Assembly: GCA_050013895.1 (NCBI GenBank)
Contig: JBEKEJ010000004.1
Location: forward strand, 1 to 33,750
Length of the DNA: 33,750 nt
Reading direction: 5' to 3'
Origin: Verrucomicrobiota bacterium
GTDB taxonomy: Bacteria > Verrucomicrobiota > Verrucomicrobiia > Limisphaerales > UBA11358
Shown piece after piece: positions 1 to 9,016 of this stretch. Every line of letters starts with the position of its first letter. Positions within the stretch are counted from its first letter, which is position 1. The notes under the pieces were generated by a model. The model was not told the DNA's origin. It saw only the letters and a program-made list of their open reading frames with translations, and did no database searches. A program made the translations under genes and the position numbers.

Positions 1-1
1 T

Positions 2-436
2 GATCCCGGCCTGTGGAATGGCATTCTCAGCATCAACGTCCTTGAGCACATCCGGGAAGATGAGGACGAACTCGCGCGGTATTCGGCTTTGCTCAAAAGA
101 AAACGCGGCACGCTCTGCCTGTTCGTTCCCGCGCGGCAGGAGATTTACTCGCCCATCGAAGTTGACTTCGGCCACCATCGGCGCTACTCGCGCCCCGGGC
201 TGCGGAACAAATTGGAGCGCGCCGGATTTACGATTGTCCGCCTGCATTATTTCAACTTCATCGGCTACTTCGCGTGGTGGCTGAACTTCCAGGTGGGGCG
301 GCGACGAAAATTCAGTCCGGCGAAGGTCCGTTTGTTCGACCGGGTCATCTTCCCGCTGAGCTTTGGATTCGAGTCCCGGGTCAGTTGGCCGCCCATCGGC
401 CAAAGTCTCGTCGCAGTAGCCAAGGCGGGTGGATGA
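2..436 (+). CDS. Class I SAM-dependent methyltransferase, 5'-truncated by the window edge
   Basis: Frame is open from base 2 (DPGLWNGILSINVLEHIRED...). It contains the NVLEHI, LFVPA and DFGHHRRY motifs typical of Methyltransf_11/23-like proteins. Confidence 0.75.
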   Translation, partial: DPGLWNGILSINVLEHIREDEDELARYSALLKRKRGTLCLFVPARQEIYSPIEVDFGHHRRYSRPGLRNKLERAGFTIVRLHYFNFIGYFAWWLNFQVGRRRKFSPAKVRLFDRVIFPLSFGFESRVSWPPIGQSLVAVAKAGG

Positions 437-464
437 ACCCGCGGTGGAGGCCCAATTCGGGTGC

Positions 465-532
465 GGAGCGCGGAACATTGCCCCGCGAGGGCTTGAACCC
501 GGCGCAAAACGCCCGGCGATGCTCTGCGCTTT
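465..532. repeat. Degenerate GGAG-type REP doublet, intergenic
   Basis: GGAGCGCGGAACATTGCCCCGCG faces CGCCCGGCGATGCTCTGCGCTTT, an imperfect inverted copy. Confidence 0.45.
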
Positions 533-610
533 GGCAAATGGGAACGCTACGAAACGGCCTTTTCCCTTGACACGATTCAAGGCACCAACTAAACCGGCAA
601 TGGTTTTAAT

Positions 611-1150
611 TTGAAAAATACTTCCCAGCGCGCTCCAAGGATTTCAGGCGAGACAACCTCGGCGCCCAAATTGCTCGTGACAACGCTGGTTGGGATTGTG
701 GCCTGCGGACTGGTCGTCGCCGAATTGGCGCCGGCATCCAACCCCGAGGGCAAGGCCAATCTGGCCGCCTTGAATCAACGCGTGACGGTGCTGCGCCAAA
801 TTGACGACCCCATCAGGCGGGACTCTTATTGCGTCCCGCTGTCCGCCTACTGCCGGGCGCTGGACCATGCGCTTGACAAGAACGCCCGCGTCTTTCTCTC
901 GGGGATGGTGGGCAGGGAGAATGCCGGGCGCGGCGGATATTATTATTTTTTGCGGAACTATCTGTTTCCACGCGATGTTGAAATTTCGCTGGGACGCCCG
1001 GCGATCTTCTACAACGAGTGGAGAGACGGTGTGGATTGTGATTCCCCTGAAACGTTGCGGACAAACGGCTTCGACCTGTTTCTGCGCTTTGAGACCAATA
1101 ACAACATTGCCATCATCCCGCTGACGGAAAAAGGAGTGCCGAAGCAGTGA
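611..1150 (+). CDS. Hypothetical protein with N-terminal membrane anchor
   Basis: 179-aa ORF with hydrophobic segment LLVTTLVGIVACGLVVA. It overlaps the next gene (GTGA). TTGACA-N17-TAAACC lies upstream. Start codon uncertain. Confidence 0.6.
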   Translation: MKNTSQRAPRISGETTSAPKLLVTTLVGIVACGLVVAELAPASNPEGKANLAALNQRVTVLRQIDDPIRRDSYCVPLSAYCRALDHALDKNARVFLSGMVGRENAGRGGYYYFLRNYLFPRDVEISLGRPAIFYNEWRDGVDCDSPETLRTNGFDLFLRFETNNNIAIIPLTEKGVPKQ

Positions 1151-2718
1151 TGAAAGAATGGATCGCATTCCTTTTGCCTCCGGCCACGGCGTTGGCGGGG
1201 ATGCGGATGAGCCGCCTGGTTCTCGGCGCAAAGCTGGAGGAACAGCTCGGCTTTGGCCTGCGTTTTGCGCTGGGGTTGGCCTTGGGGATGCTCGTCTTTT
1301 CACAGGCCGTTTTGCTGTCGGCACTGGCGGGAATCAATTTGAGCGGTCCGCTCGCCTGGGGCGCCTTGATCTGGGGCATCGTGGAGATTGCTTGGCTTGC
1401 GCCAAAGCTGGCGGCGGGCCTGAGACAACCGAAATTTCAGCCTGGACACCTGTGGCTGCTGCTGTTGCTGCCGGTCCTGTATTCATGGTGGGTTTTCGGC
1501 CGGCTTTGCACGTTGGAAGGCACGCTGGAGTTTGACGCCAACGCATTTTGGGTGTTCAAAGCGAAAATTCTTTATCTCGAGCAGGGTAAAAATCTGCTGA
1601 ACGTGCTGCATCAAACCAGCCTCGCCTATGCGCATATTGATTATCCGATGCTCGTGCCCTGCCTTTACACCTTCGACTACGGCGCCGTCGGCGGCGTGGA
1701 CGAATTTGTCAACAAGGTCTGGCCATTTTGGATGGTGGTTGCGCTGTGTGCCGCCATCCTTTCGCTCGCCCGGGTCTGGCGGCGGCCGCATCCGCTGCCG
1801 GTGTTGCTCGTCGTGCTGTTTTGTTTTCTTCCCGGAAGCCTGCAATTCATCCGGCAGGAAGGGGCCACCATGCCTCTGCTGTTTTTTGCCAGCCTGTCGG
1901 CTTTGCTGATTTTCACCGCGCTTTGCCGCTCGGAAAGCCTTTATCTTGCCGCCGGCGTCCTGGTCCTCGCAGGTTCCGCGGCCACCAAATATGAAGGGGT
2001 AATCTATTCCGCCGTGTGGTTTTTCGTTTTGCTGCCGATCATCCTGCGGCGCGGCTGGCTCAAGAAAACCGCGCTTTGGAAAGCCGCGGGCATCGGGATT
2101 CTTTGTTTGCTGCCGTATGTCATTTACCGGCTTGCTCATCCCGTGGCACACCTCGCAGACACCTGGTGGAAGGAAGGGGTTTCCGCGCCGGGAACCATGC
2201 TGCATCGTTTTCCGAAGATGTGGTTTTTGAATATCTTCTGCCGCTTCTTCAGTCCGGATTTCTTCAACTGGTCCGGCGACGCCAATGGCAACATCCACTG
2301 GACGGGCCACTGGACCGGATTCGGCGGTCTGGTCAATCCGGACTTGTCGGTCCTGCCCTGGCTGCTGTTGTTGCTGCTGGCGCTTTCGTTGTGGAGAAAA
2401 CCGGGCCGGGGCCGGCGGGCGATTGTTTATCTAGGCCTGGCCATCATCGGGGTGCTGACCGCGCTGACCGTGGTCACAACCTGTTTCATGTCGCTTCAAG
2501 CCGGTGAAGGGTTCCGTAGTTTTGGCGAGCTGATGATAGATTTCAGCGGTGCCAATGAAGTTGGTCGCTATTTTTTCCCGTTAATGGTTGCCTGGTTTCT
2601 GGCCGTTGCCAGCATCTGGTTTGACGACCCGCAACCTTCACTGGCCGCAAACGCCCCCAATTCGGCGCGTGACAATCCTTTGCCAGGCGGCGCAACGCCG
2701 TCCAAAAAAAGACGGTAG
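1147..2718 (+). CDS. Polytopic membrane protein, GT-C/ArnT-like glycosyltransferase-like
   Basis: Many transmembrane helices; DANAFWVFKAK, HIDYP, ATKYEG and RYFFP motifs resemble GT-C-type membrane glycosyltransferases. Confidence 0.55.
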   Translation: MMKEWIAFLLPPATALAGMRMSRLVLGAKLEEQLGFGLRFALGLALGMLVFSQAVLLSALAGINLSGPLAWGALIWGIVEIAWLAPKLAAGLRQPKFQPGHLWLLLLLPVLYSWWVFGRLCTLEGTLEFDANAFWVFKAKILYLEQGKNLLNVLHQTSLAYAHIDYPMLVPCLYTFDYGAVGGVDEFVNKVWPFWMVVALCAAILSLARVWRRPHPLPVLLVVLFCFLPGSLQFIRQEGATMPLLFFASLSALLIFTALCRSESLYLAAGVLVLAGSAATKYEGVIYSAVWFFVLLPIILRRGWLKKTALWKAAGIGILCLLPYVIYRLAHPVAHLADTWWKEGVSAPGTMLHRFPKMWFLNIFCRFFSPDFFNWSGDANGNIHWTGHWTGFGGLVNPDLSVLPWLLLLLLALSLWRKPGRGRRAIVYLGLAIIGVLTALTVVTTCFMSLQAGEGFRSFGELMIDFSGANEVGRYFFPLMVAWFLAVASIWFDDPQPSLAANAPNSARDNPLPGGATPSKKRR

Positions 2719-2866
2719 TGTGCTAATTCAGGGATTCGGAGCGTGAGTTGTCCCGACTCGCAGCTGGTTTTTAGGAGAAGAAGCATTCAAATCCCGCGTG
2801 GCTTACTCGGCTTTCAGGCGGGCTGCGGTTTGAGGCAAACCGCGCTTCGTCAGATAGGACACTGCC
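2714..2866. mobile_element. MITE-like unit 1 carrying a GGAG REPIN (2738-2848)
   Basis: Ends GGTAGTGTGCTA and TAGGACACTGCC match 10/12 as an inverted repeat. Inner doublet is GGAGCGTGAGTTGTCCCGACTCGCAGC ... GCTGCGGTTTGAGGCAAACCGCGCTTC. Confidence 0.6.
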
Positions 2867-2874
2867 AAAAGCAG

Positions 2875-2963
2875 GGCAGTCCTTAATTTGATTGTTGTAG
2901 TGTCGGCGCTGTGCGCCGATTTCGAGCCACAGGCTCGACTCTACAGCAAAATAGGACACTGCC
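2875..2963. mobile_element. MITE-like unit 2 carrying a GTAG REPIN (2896-2945), 8-bp TSD AAAAGCAG
   Basis: GGCAGTCCTTAATTTG ... CAAAATAGGACACTGCC, flanked by AAAAGCAG at 2867-2874 and 2964-2971. Confidence 0.65.
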
Positions 2964-3012
2964 AAAAGCAGCGATGACTTGCCTTTTGCAGTTTTTCCCA
3001 TAAACTAGGGGT

Positions 3013-3465
3013 ATGAAGAACGAAGTGACGCCCGTTCAGATTCGCGGCATTTTGCCCGCCAACAGCGGGTGTGCGCTGTTCATCGGCAACGACCAAAAAG
3101 TTTTCGTCATCAACGTCGAACCCCAAATGGGTGCCATCATTGGCATGTTTCTGCGCCAGACGCCCAAGGAGCGCCCGCTCACCCACGACCTCATCAACCG
3201 CATTTTCCAGGGCTTCGGCATCAACGTCGAACGGGTCATCATCACGGACCTGAAGAATTCCACCTACTTTGCCCGGCTGATTTTGCAGCAGCAAAACGAA
3301 GTCGCGCGCAAAATCGTCGAGCTTGACGCCCGCCCCAGCGATTGTCTTGCCATCGCCGCCGCGCAGAAAAAACCAATCTTTGTCACCAGCGCGCTTTTTG
3401 AACAAGTCGAGGACATGAGCGAAGTGCTCAACAAGATCAACGAAAGCGGCAGCGAGGCCGAATAA
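3013..3465 (+). CDS. Bifunctional nuclease family protein (DUF151)
   Basis: RPLTHDL, YFARL and LDARPSDCLAIA motifs. Confidence 0.9.
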   Translation: MKNEVTPVQIRGILPANSGCALFIGNDQKVFVINVEPQMGAIIGMFLRQTPKERPLTHDLINRIFQGFGINVERVIITDLKNSTYFARLILQQQNEVARKIVELDARPSDCLAIAAAQKKPIFVTSALFEQVEDMSEVLNKINESGSEAE

Positions 3466-3466
3466 A

Positions 3467-4597
3467 ATGCCAGCGGCCCGGACTCCACCGCTCGCCCTCA
3501 TCTGCGGCGAAGACGAATTCGCCGTCAAGCAACGCGCCAAACAGCTCTACCAGCAATGGTGTGACGAACTGGGCGGCATGGATCACGAGATCATCGAAGC
3601 CTCAGTTTCCAACAGCGGCGAGGCGCTGGCGGCGATGGCCCGCCTGCGCGAAGCCCTGCAAACGCTGCCGTTTTTCGGTTCCGGCAAGGTCATCTGGCTG
3701 CGGGACTGCAATTTTCTCGGCGACGAACGCGCCGCTTCCGCCCTGGCCGTCACGGAAACCCTCGCCGGGCTCGCGGAAGAGTTGAAAACATTTTCCTGGC
3801 AGGCGGTGCGACTGCTCATCAGCGCGGGCAAGGTGGACAAGCGCAAAACCTTTTACAAAACACTCGACAAAACCGGCTCGGTCGAAAATTTCTCCGGCTG
3901 GTCGGCGGATGACAAGGACTGGGCGAACCGCGCGGAAATTGAGGCTCGCGCGGCCATCCGTGCGCGGCAAAAGGAGATTGCTGACGACGCGCTGGCCGAT
4001 CTGGTCAATCGCATCGGCCCGAACCGTCGCCTGCTCGACAGTGAAATTGAGAAGCTGTGCCTGTTCGCTGGCGGCCGGAAACGAATTGAAGCCGGCGATG
4101 TCGCCGCGGTTTGCACGCGGAACAAGACGGCGCGCGCCTTCGCGCTCGGGGACGCGCTGGGCGACCGCGATTTGCCACGTTTGTTGCGGCGGCTGGACGA
4201 GGAGCTTTGGGAACTGAAATTCAATCCGCAACAATCCGAAATCGGCCTGCTCTACGGCTTGATCGCAAAGGTCCGCGCGATGTTGCTGTTGAAGGAAATG
4301 TTGCGCGAAGGCTGGATCAAACCGGAGATGGATTACAATCGTTTCAAGGCGCAATTGGAGCGCGTGCCGGCGGAAAAATTGCCGGCGGACAGGCGGTTCA
4401 ACCCGCTGTCGCTGAACCCTTATGTGCTTTACAAGGCGCTGCCGCACGCCAAGAAATACACCCAGAACGAATTGGTTCGCGCCATGGGTTTGCTCCTGCG
4501 CTGCAACCAGCGGCTGGTGTCCAGCGGATTGGATGAGGCGCTGGCGCTGCAACAGGCGCTGGTGCAAATTGTCGCGCCGCCGGCGGCCGCAGCCTGA
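3467..4597 (+). CDS. holA: DNA polymerase III subunit delta
   Basis: LICGEDEF, TLPFFG, KVDKRKTFYK and EIEKLCLF motifs; 376 aa. Confidence 0.88.
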   Translation: MPAARTPPLALICGEDEFAVKQRAKQLYQQWCDELGGMDHEIIEASVSNSGEALAAMARLREALQTLPFFGSGKVIWLRDCNFLGDERAASALAVTETLAGLAEELKTFSWQAVRLLISAGKVDKRKTFYKTLDKTGSVENFSGWSADDKDWANRAEIEARAAIRARQKEIADDALADLVNRIGPNRRLLDSEIEKLCLFAGGRKRIEAGDVAAVCTRNKTARAFALGDALGDRDLPRLLRRLDEELWELKFNPQQSEIGLLYGLIAKVRAMLLLKEMLREGWIKPEMDYNRFKAQLERVPAEKLPADRRFNPLSLNPYVLYKALPHAKKYTQNELVRAMGLLLRCNQRLVSSGLDEALALQQALVQIVAPPAAAA

Positions 4598-4622
4598 GCG
4601 CGCCAGAGAAATTTCCTGACAT

Positions 4623-5144
4623 ATGTCAAAGCCATCGGCAAAACTATCCGTGCTGGTCGGTAAAGATTTCGCCTGCGTGAAAATCGCCGGACGCGCCAAT
4701 TACCTCTCCAGTCCCGACTTCAAAACGCTGTTGAGCGAATTGACCGGGAAAGGTTACCGGCATTTCGTCATTGATTTGTCGGAATGCGTGCTCATGGACA
4801 GCACATTTTTGGGAGTGCTGGCCGGATTTGGCTTGAAAATGCCGCCCGTCAAACCCGGCCGGGAAGGCATTGAACTGTTCAATGCCAACGCGCGCGTCGC
4901 CGAGTTGCTGGAGAACCTGGGAGTGGCCCGCCTGGTCAAAATGACCGGCGGCGCGTTGCAGTTGCCCGACGATGTCAAAATCGGCGCGCCGGAGCCGGCC
5001 AGCCCGACACATGAGGAAATCACCCGCACCTGCCTCGAAGCGCACCAGACCCTCATGAAGATGAATCCGGAAAATGCCGCGCGGTTCAAGGACGTGGCCC
5101 GGTTTCTCGCCGAGGATTTGAAGACCCTGGAAAGGAGCAAATGA
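4623..5144 (+). CDS. STAS domain protein (anti-sigma factor antagonist)
   Basis: IDLSECVLMDSTFLGVL STAS motif with a C-terminal AHQTLM...NAARFKDV extension. Confidence 0.85.
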   Translation: MSKPSAKLSVLVGKDFACVKIAGRANYLSSPDFKTLLSELTGKGYRHFVIDLSECVLMDSTFLGVLAGFGLKMPPVKPGREGIELFNANARVAELLENLGVARLVKMTGGALQLPDDVKIGAPEPASPTHEEITRTCLEAHQTLMKMNPENAARFKDVARFLAEDLKTLERSK

Positions 5145-5314
5145 ATTTGCGGCGTTCGCTTTGCGATTTACGCGTCATTCTCCAGCCGCCGTCCGCTTTT
5201 GTAAATTGCAGGTTGGAAATCGAGAATTAGCTTCTTCGATGTTTTCAGCGGATGACTGGGCGTGAAACCAGACTCTTCGGGCGCAGCCACGACATCGGGA
5301 TGCAAGGATGACCT

Positions 5315-5471
5315 CCGCCCTCACCCCGCCCCTCTCCCCCAGGAGAGGGAGAATCGTCCGCCGCGCCGTTGAAAATTAATGTGACCGGAGTGGCTGGGCG
5401 CTCATCCGAAAAACCAGAGGCCATCGAAAGCCTTTCCCTCTCCCGGGGGAGAGGATAAAAGGTGAGGGCGG
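5315..5471. repeat. CCCTCACC/CCCTCTCCC-type palindromic element between convergent genes
   Basis: CCGCCCTCACCCCGCCCCTCTCCCCCAGGAGAGGG ... CCCTCTCCCGGGGGAGAGGATAAAAGGTGAGGGCGG, with an 11-bp perfect terminal inverted repeat. Confidence 0.8.
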
Positions 5472-5521
5472 GCGTAAACACTCGCTCCCCTGAAAACGTC
5501 GGGGAATCAAGAAGTGCGGCT

Positions 5522-7561
5522 TTATACCGGCGCCGGCGCGGGTGCGCCGAGTCCGGGCAACTTGGGCGGCACGGGTTTGGGCGGCGTTTCCGGCAGCGGC
5601 GTGCCGGCGGGCGCGCCCAACATCGGTCCGACTTGGGCGGGCGTTTTGGGCGGCGGCGTGAACGTGCCCTTGCGGACAATCTCCTCAACCTGCACGCCAT
5701 CCAGCGTTTCGTATTCGAGCAACCCTTGGGCGATGATTTCGAGTTTGTCGCGGTTGGCTTCGATCAGTCCCTTCGCCGATTTATTCGCCTCGTCAATAAT
5801 GCGTTTGACCTCGGCGTCAATGTCCTGCGCCGTCTGTTCGCTGTAATCTTTCGTGCGCATGAAGTCGCGCCCCAGAAAAATGTATTCCTGGCTGTCGCCG
5901 TAAAGCACGTTGCCGAGCTTCTCGCTCATGCCCCAGTGCATGACCATCGCGCGGGCCAGTTGCGTGGCCTGCTGAATGTCCATTGCCGCGCCGCTGGAAA
6001 TGTCGTCGGTCACGTATTCTTCCGCGATGCGCCCGGCCATCGCCAGAATAATGCTGTCAACCGCCGGCTTTTTCCGCATGTTCAGCATGTCTTCCTTGGG
6101 CAGCGACATCGTGACCCCGAGCGCCCGGCCGCGCGGAATGATCGTAACCTTGTGCAGCGGATGCACGTGCTTGAGCAGCACGTTGACCAGCGCGTGGCCG
6201 GCTTCGTGCCATGCCGTGGCGCGCTTCTCCTCGTCAGACATCGCCATGCTGCGGCGCTCGCGTCCCCAGCGGACCTTGTCGCGCGCCTCTTCCAATTCGC
6301 TCATGCCGACGGACTTCTTGTTCAAACGCGCGGCAAGCAACGCCGCTTCGTTCAGCAAATTCGCCAGTTCCGCGCCGGAATAACCCGGCGTGCCGCGCGC
6401 GATGATGGACAAATCCGCTTCCGGCGCGAGCTTCACGTTTTTGGCGTGGACCTTCAGAATTCCCTCGCGCCCGCGCACGTCCGGCAGATTGACGACCACC
6501 TGCCGGTCAAAACGGCCGGGGCGCATCAACGCGGGGTCCAGCACATCGTGGCGGTTCGTCGCGGCGATGATGATGATGCCTTCCTGCGTGTCGAAACCGT
6601 CCATCTCAACCAGCAGCGCGTTGAGCGTCTGCTCGCGTTCGTCGTTGCCGCCGCCCATTCCGTGACCGCGGGAACGACCGACCGCGTCAATTTCATCAAT
6701 GAAAACCAGGCACGGTGTGTTGCGGCGCGCCTGCTCGAACATGTCGCGCACGCGGCTGGCGCCGACGCCGACAAACATTTCCACAAAGTCCGAGCCGCTG
6801 ATGCTGAAAAACGAGGCGTCCGCCTCCCCCGCGATGGCCTTGGCCAGCAGCGTTTTGCCCGTGCCGGGCGGCCCGACCATCAACACGCCCTTCGGAATGC
6901 GGCCGCCGAGCCGCTGGAATTTTTTCGGGTCTTTTAAGAACTCGACCAGTTCGGAAACTTCCTCGATGGCCTCGTCAATACCCGCCACGTCCTTGAAAGT
7001 AGTCTTGTTGCGGTCTTTGGCGAGCATCCGCGCCTTGCTCCGGCCGAAACTCAGCGCGCCTTTCCCGGCGATTTTGATCTGGCGGATGAAGAAAAACCAG
7101 AACAGCAGGCCGATGCCCACAAAAAACAGCAACTGATAGCCGATGGACCAAAGCATCGCGTTCGTCGGCGGGCCCGGCACGAGTCTGCCCGAGTTCAGCA
7201 GTTCATCCTGCATTTTTTGCGTCAGCATTACGTTCGGCGCACTGAACTGCACTTCCACCCGCTTGCCATCCTTGTCCGTCTTGAAATACGTGCCGGTGAT
7301 GGGCGTGAGCGGCGCGGATTGTGAGTTGAAATTGATGGTCCCTTGCGCGATCTGGTTCGAGTTATACTTTTGCAAAAATTCGGATTCCGTCAGCGTATCG
7401 CCCTGCGGCGTCATGTGCGATTTCAACATCATCAACGCCACGAGCCCGCCCAGGATCGCAATCCATAGGATCCACGTGGACATTGGGACCTTGAAACCGC
7501 CGGGCGGTTTTTTCTGCCCGCGGTCGCCGTCGTTTCTTTGATTTGAATTGTCGTCGAACAT
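5522..7561 (-). CDS. ftsH: ATP-dependent zinc metalloprotease FtsH
   Basis: Two transmembrane helices, [13 protein letters not shown], second region of homology ATNR...RPGRFDR, and HEAGH. Confidence 0.98.
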   Translation of the reverse strand: MFDDNSNQRNDGDRGQKKPPGGFKVPMSTWILWIAILGGLVALMMLKSHMTPQGDTLTESEFLQKYNSNQIAQGTINFNSQSAPLTPITGTYFKTDKDGKRVEVQFSAPNVMLTQKMQDELLNSGRLVPGPPTNAMLWSIGYQLLFFVGIGLLFWFFFIRQIKIAGKGALSFGRSKARMLAKDRNKTTFKDVAGIDEAIEEVSELVEFLKDPKKFQRLGGRIPKGVLMVGPPGTGKTLLAKAIAGEADASFFSISGSDFVEMFVGVGASRVRDMFEQARRNTPCLVFIDEIDAVGRSRGHGMGGGNDEREQTLNALLVEMDGFDTQEGIIIIAATNRHDVLDPALMRPGRFDRQVVVNLPDVRGREGILKVHAKNVKLAPEADLSIIARGTPGYSGAELANLLNEAALLAARLNKKSVGMSELEEARDKVRWGRERRSMAMSDEEKRATAWHEAGHALVNVLLKHVHPLHKVTIIPRGRALGVTMSLPKEDMLNMRKKPAVDSIILAMAGRIAEEYVTDDISSGAAMDIQQATQLARAMVMHWGMSEKLGNVLYGDSQEYIFLGRDFMRTKDYSEQTAQDIDAEVKRIIDEANKSAKGLIEANRDKLEIIAQGLLEYETLDGVQVEEIVRKGTFTPPPKTPAQVGPMLGAPAGTPLPETPPKPVPPKLPGLGAPAPAPV

Positions 7562-7572
7562 TTTCGCTTATA

Positions 7573-7622
7573 AAACTAACACGCCGTTCCACCTTCCGCA
7601 ATCCGCTAATTTGGCCTATATT
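7573..7622. promoter_or_regulatory. Back-to-back sigma70-type promoters for ftsH and dusB
   Basis: Minus strand TTGCGG-N17-TAGTTT; plus strand TTCCGC-N17-TATATT, 7 nt before ATG 7630. The -35 boxes overlap. Confidence 0.5.
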
Positions 7623-7629
7623 CGAGCCA

Positions 7630-8772
7630 ATGCGCATCGGTCCGCTCACGTTGACCTCCAACCTGTTTCTCTCGCCGCTGGCGGGTTACACCAACCTGCC
7701 CTTCCGCCTCATCGTGCGCGAAATCGGCGGCGTCGGCCTCTGCACCACCGACCTAGTCAACGCCCGCTCGCTGCTGGAAAAGAACCCAAAGGCCTTCAAA
7801 CTCATCGAAACCTGTCCGGCCGATGCGCCGCTGGCCGTCCAGCTCTTCGGCTCCGTGCCCGAAGAAATGCGCGACGCGGCACTCCTGCTCGAATCCATCG
7901 GCATTGCGTCAGTCGACATCAACATGGGCTGTCCCGTCCGCAAGGTCTGTGGCGTCGGCGGCGGCTCGGCCATGATGACCGAGTTGAACAAGACCGCCGC
8001 GCTCGTCAAAGGCATGACCGACGCCGTGAAAATTCCGGTGACGGCAAAAATGCGGCTTGGCTGGGACGATGAAAATCTAACTGCGCCGGATTTGGCGCGT
8101 GCGCTCGAAGACGCCGGAGTCGCCGCGATTTTCGTCCATGGCCGCACGCGCGAACAGGGCTTTGGCGGCACGGTGAACCTGGCCGGCATCCGGGCCGTCG
8201 TCCGGGCCGTGAAAAGCCTTCCGGTCATCGGCAATGGCGACATCATCACGCCGCCGGCTGCGGAAAAAATGTTCGACGAAACCGGCTGCGCGGGCGTGAG
8301 CATCGGCCGCGGCGCGTTTTACAATCCGTGGATTTTCCAGCACACGCTGCATTATTGTAGCGTTCGGCCTGTGGCCGAATCGGATCGAGCCACAGGCTCG
8401 ACACTACAACCCCTCCCTGACCCCACTTTTGCCGAGCGTGTGCGGGTAATGTGCCGGCATCTCGATTTGATGATTGAAGTTTTCGGCGAACAAGCCGGTT
8501 GCCGGATGTTCCGGAAGGTCGCGCCGTGGTATGCCAAGCGTTTCGGCCCGTGCCACGAATTCAACAAACGAGCCGTGCAGATCTCGACGCGCGCCGAATT
8601 CCACGACGCGCTCGAAAATTACATCCGCTGGCGCCGGCAATTTCTCGACGAGAACGGCGAATTGCTGCCCCGCTTCCGTCCCGTGCCGCTGGTTGCGTCC
8701 TTCATGCGTGAGCCAAACTCAATACAACGCGAACAAATTCCCGTGCCGCGTGGGCCAGTGGAGGTGTGGTAA
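7630..8772 (+). CDS. dusB: tRNA-dihydrouridine synthase (DusB-like)
   Basis: SPLAG, QLFG, DINMGCP, VHGRT, IGNGDI and GRG motifs. Start reassigned to ATG 7630. Confidence 0.9.
   Translation: MRIGPLTLTSNLFLSPLAGYTNLPFRLIVREIGGVGLCTTDLVNARSLLEKNPKAFKLIETCPADAPLAVQLFGSVPEEMRDAALLLESIGIASVDINMGCPVRKVCGVGGGSAMMTELNKTAALVKGMTDAVKIPVTAKMRLGWDDENLTAPDLARALEDAGVAAIFVHGRTREQGFGGTVNLAGIRAVVRAVKSLPVIGNGDIITPPAAEKMFDETGCAGVSIGRGAFYNPWIFQHTLHYCSVRPVAESDRATGSTLQPLPDPTFAERVRVMCRHLDLMIEVFGEQAGCRMFRKVAPWYAKRFGPCHEFNKRAVQISTRAEFHDALENYIRWRRQFLDENGELLPRFRPVPLVASFMREPNSIQREQIPVPRGPVEVW
8356..8408. repeat. GTAG REPIN inserted in-frame in dusB
   Basis: TGTAG...CTACA doublet sharing TCGAGCCACAGGCTCGACnCTACA with the intergenic copy at 2896-2945. 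Confidence 0.85.
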
Positions 8773-8936
8773 TCTTCAAGTGATTCGCGAATCAAACGCC
8801 CAAAGACATCGTGATTGCCCGTCGTCACCAAAGCAAAACCACTTTTGTCGAAAACAAGCAAGACCCGCCAAATCTCCGGCTGACGTTTTATTGACAAAGG
8901 GGCGGGTTGTGACGAAGCTTCAAGCCCTGAATTTGT

Positions 8937-9012
<76 letters not shown>

Positions 9013-9016
9013 ATAT

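Noticed and set aside
2854-2971. 21-bp direct repeat as a mini-CRISPR
   Set aside because: Only two copies, a 76-bp palindromic spacer and no cas genes; better explained as MITE end plus TSD.
5245-5700. 151-aa ORF, and ORFs at 28902-29319 and 11344-11739
   Set aside because: They are read through repeat elements or overlap real genes, with no coding support.
5462-6937. 491-aa ORF and similar long ORFs (3602-4699, 16995-18299, 22516-23739, 27665-28708, 32373-33431)
   Set aside because: Antisense shadows of well-supported genes, common in GC-rich DNA.
7543-7629. ORF-track N-terminal extensions of dusB, parB, DUF309 and bioA
   Set aside because: They cross promoters, repeats or neighbouring genes; downstream starts fit the families better.
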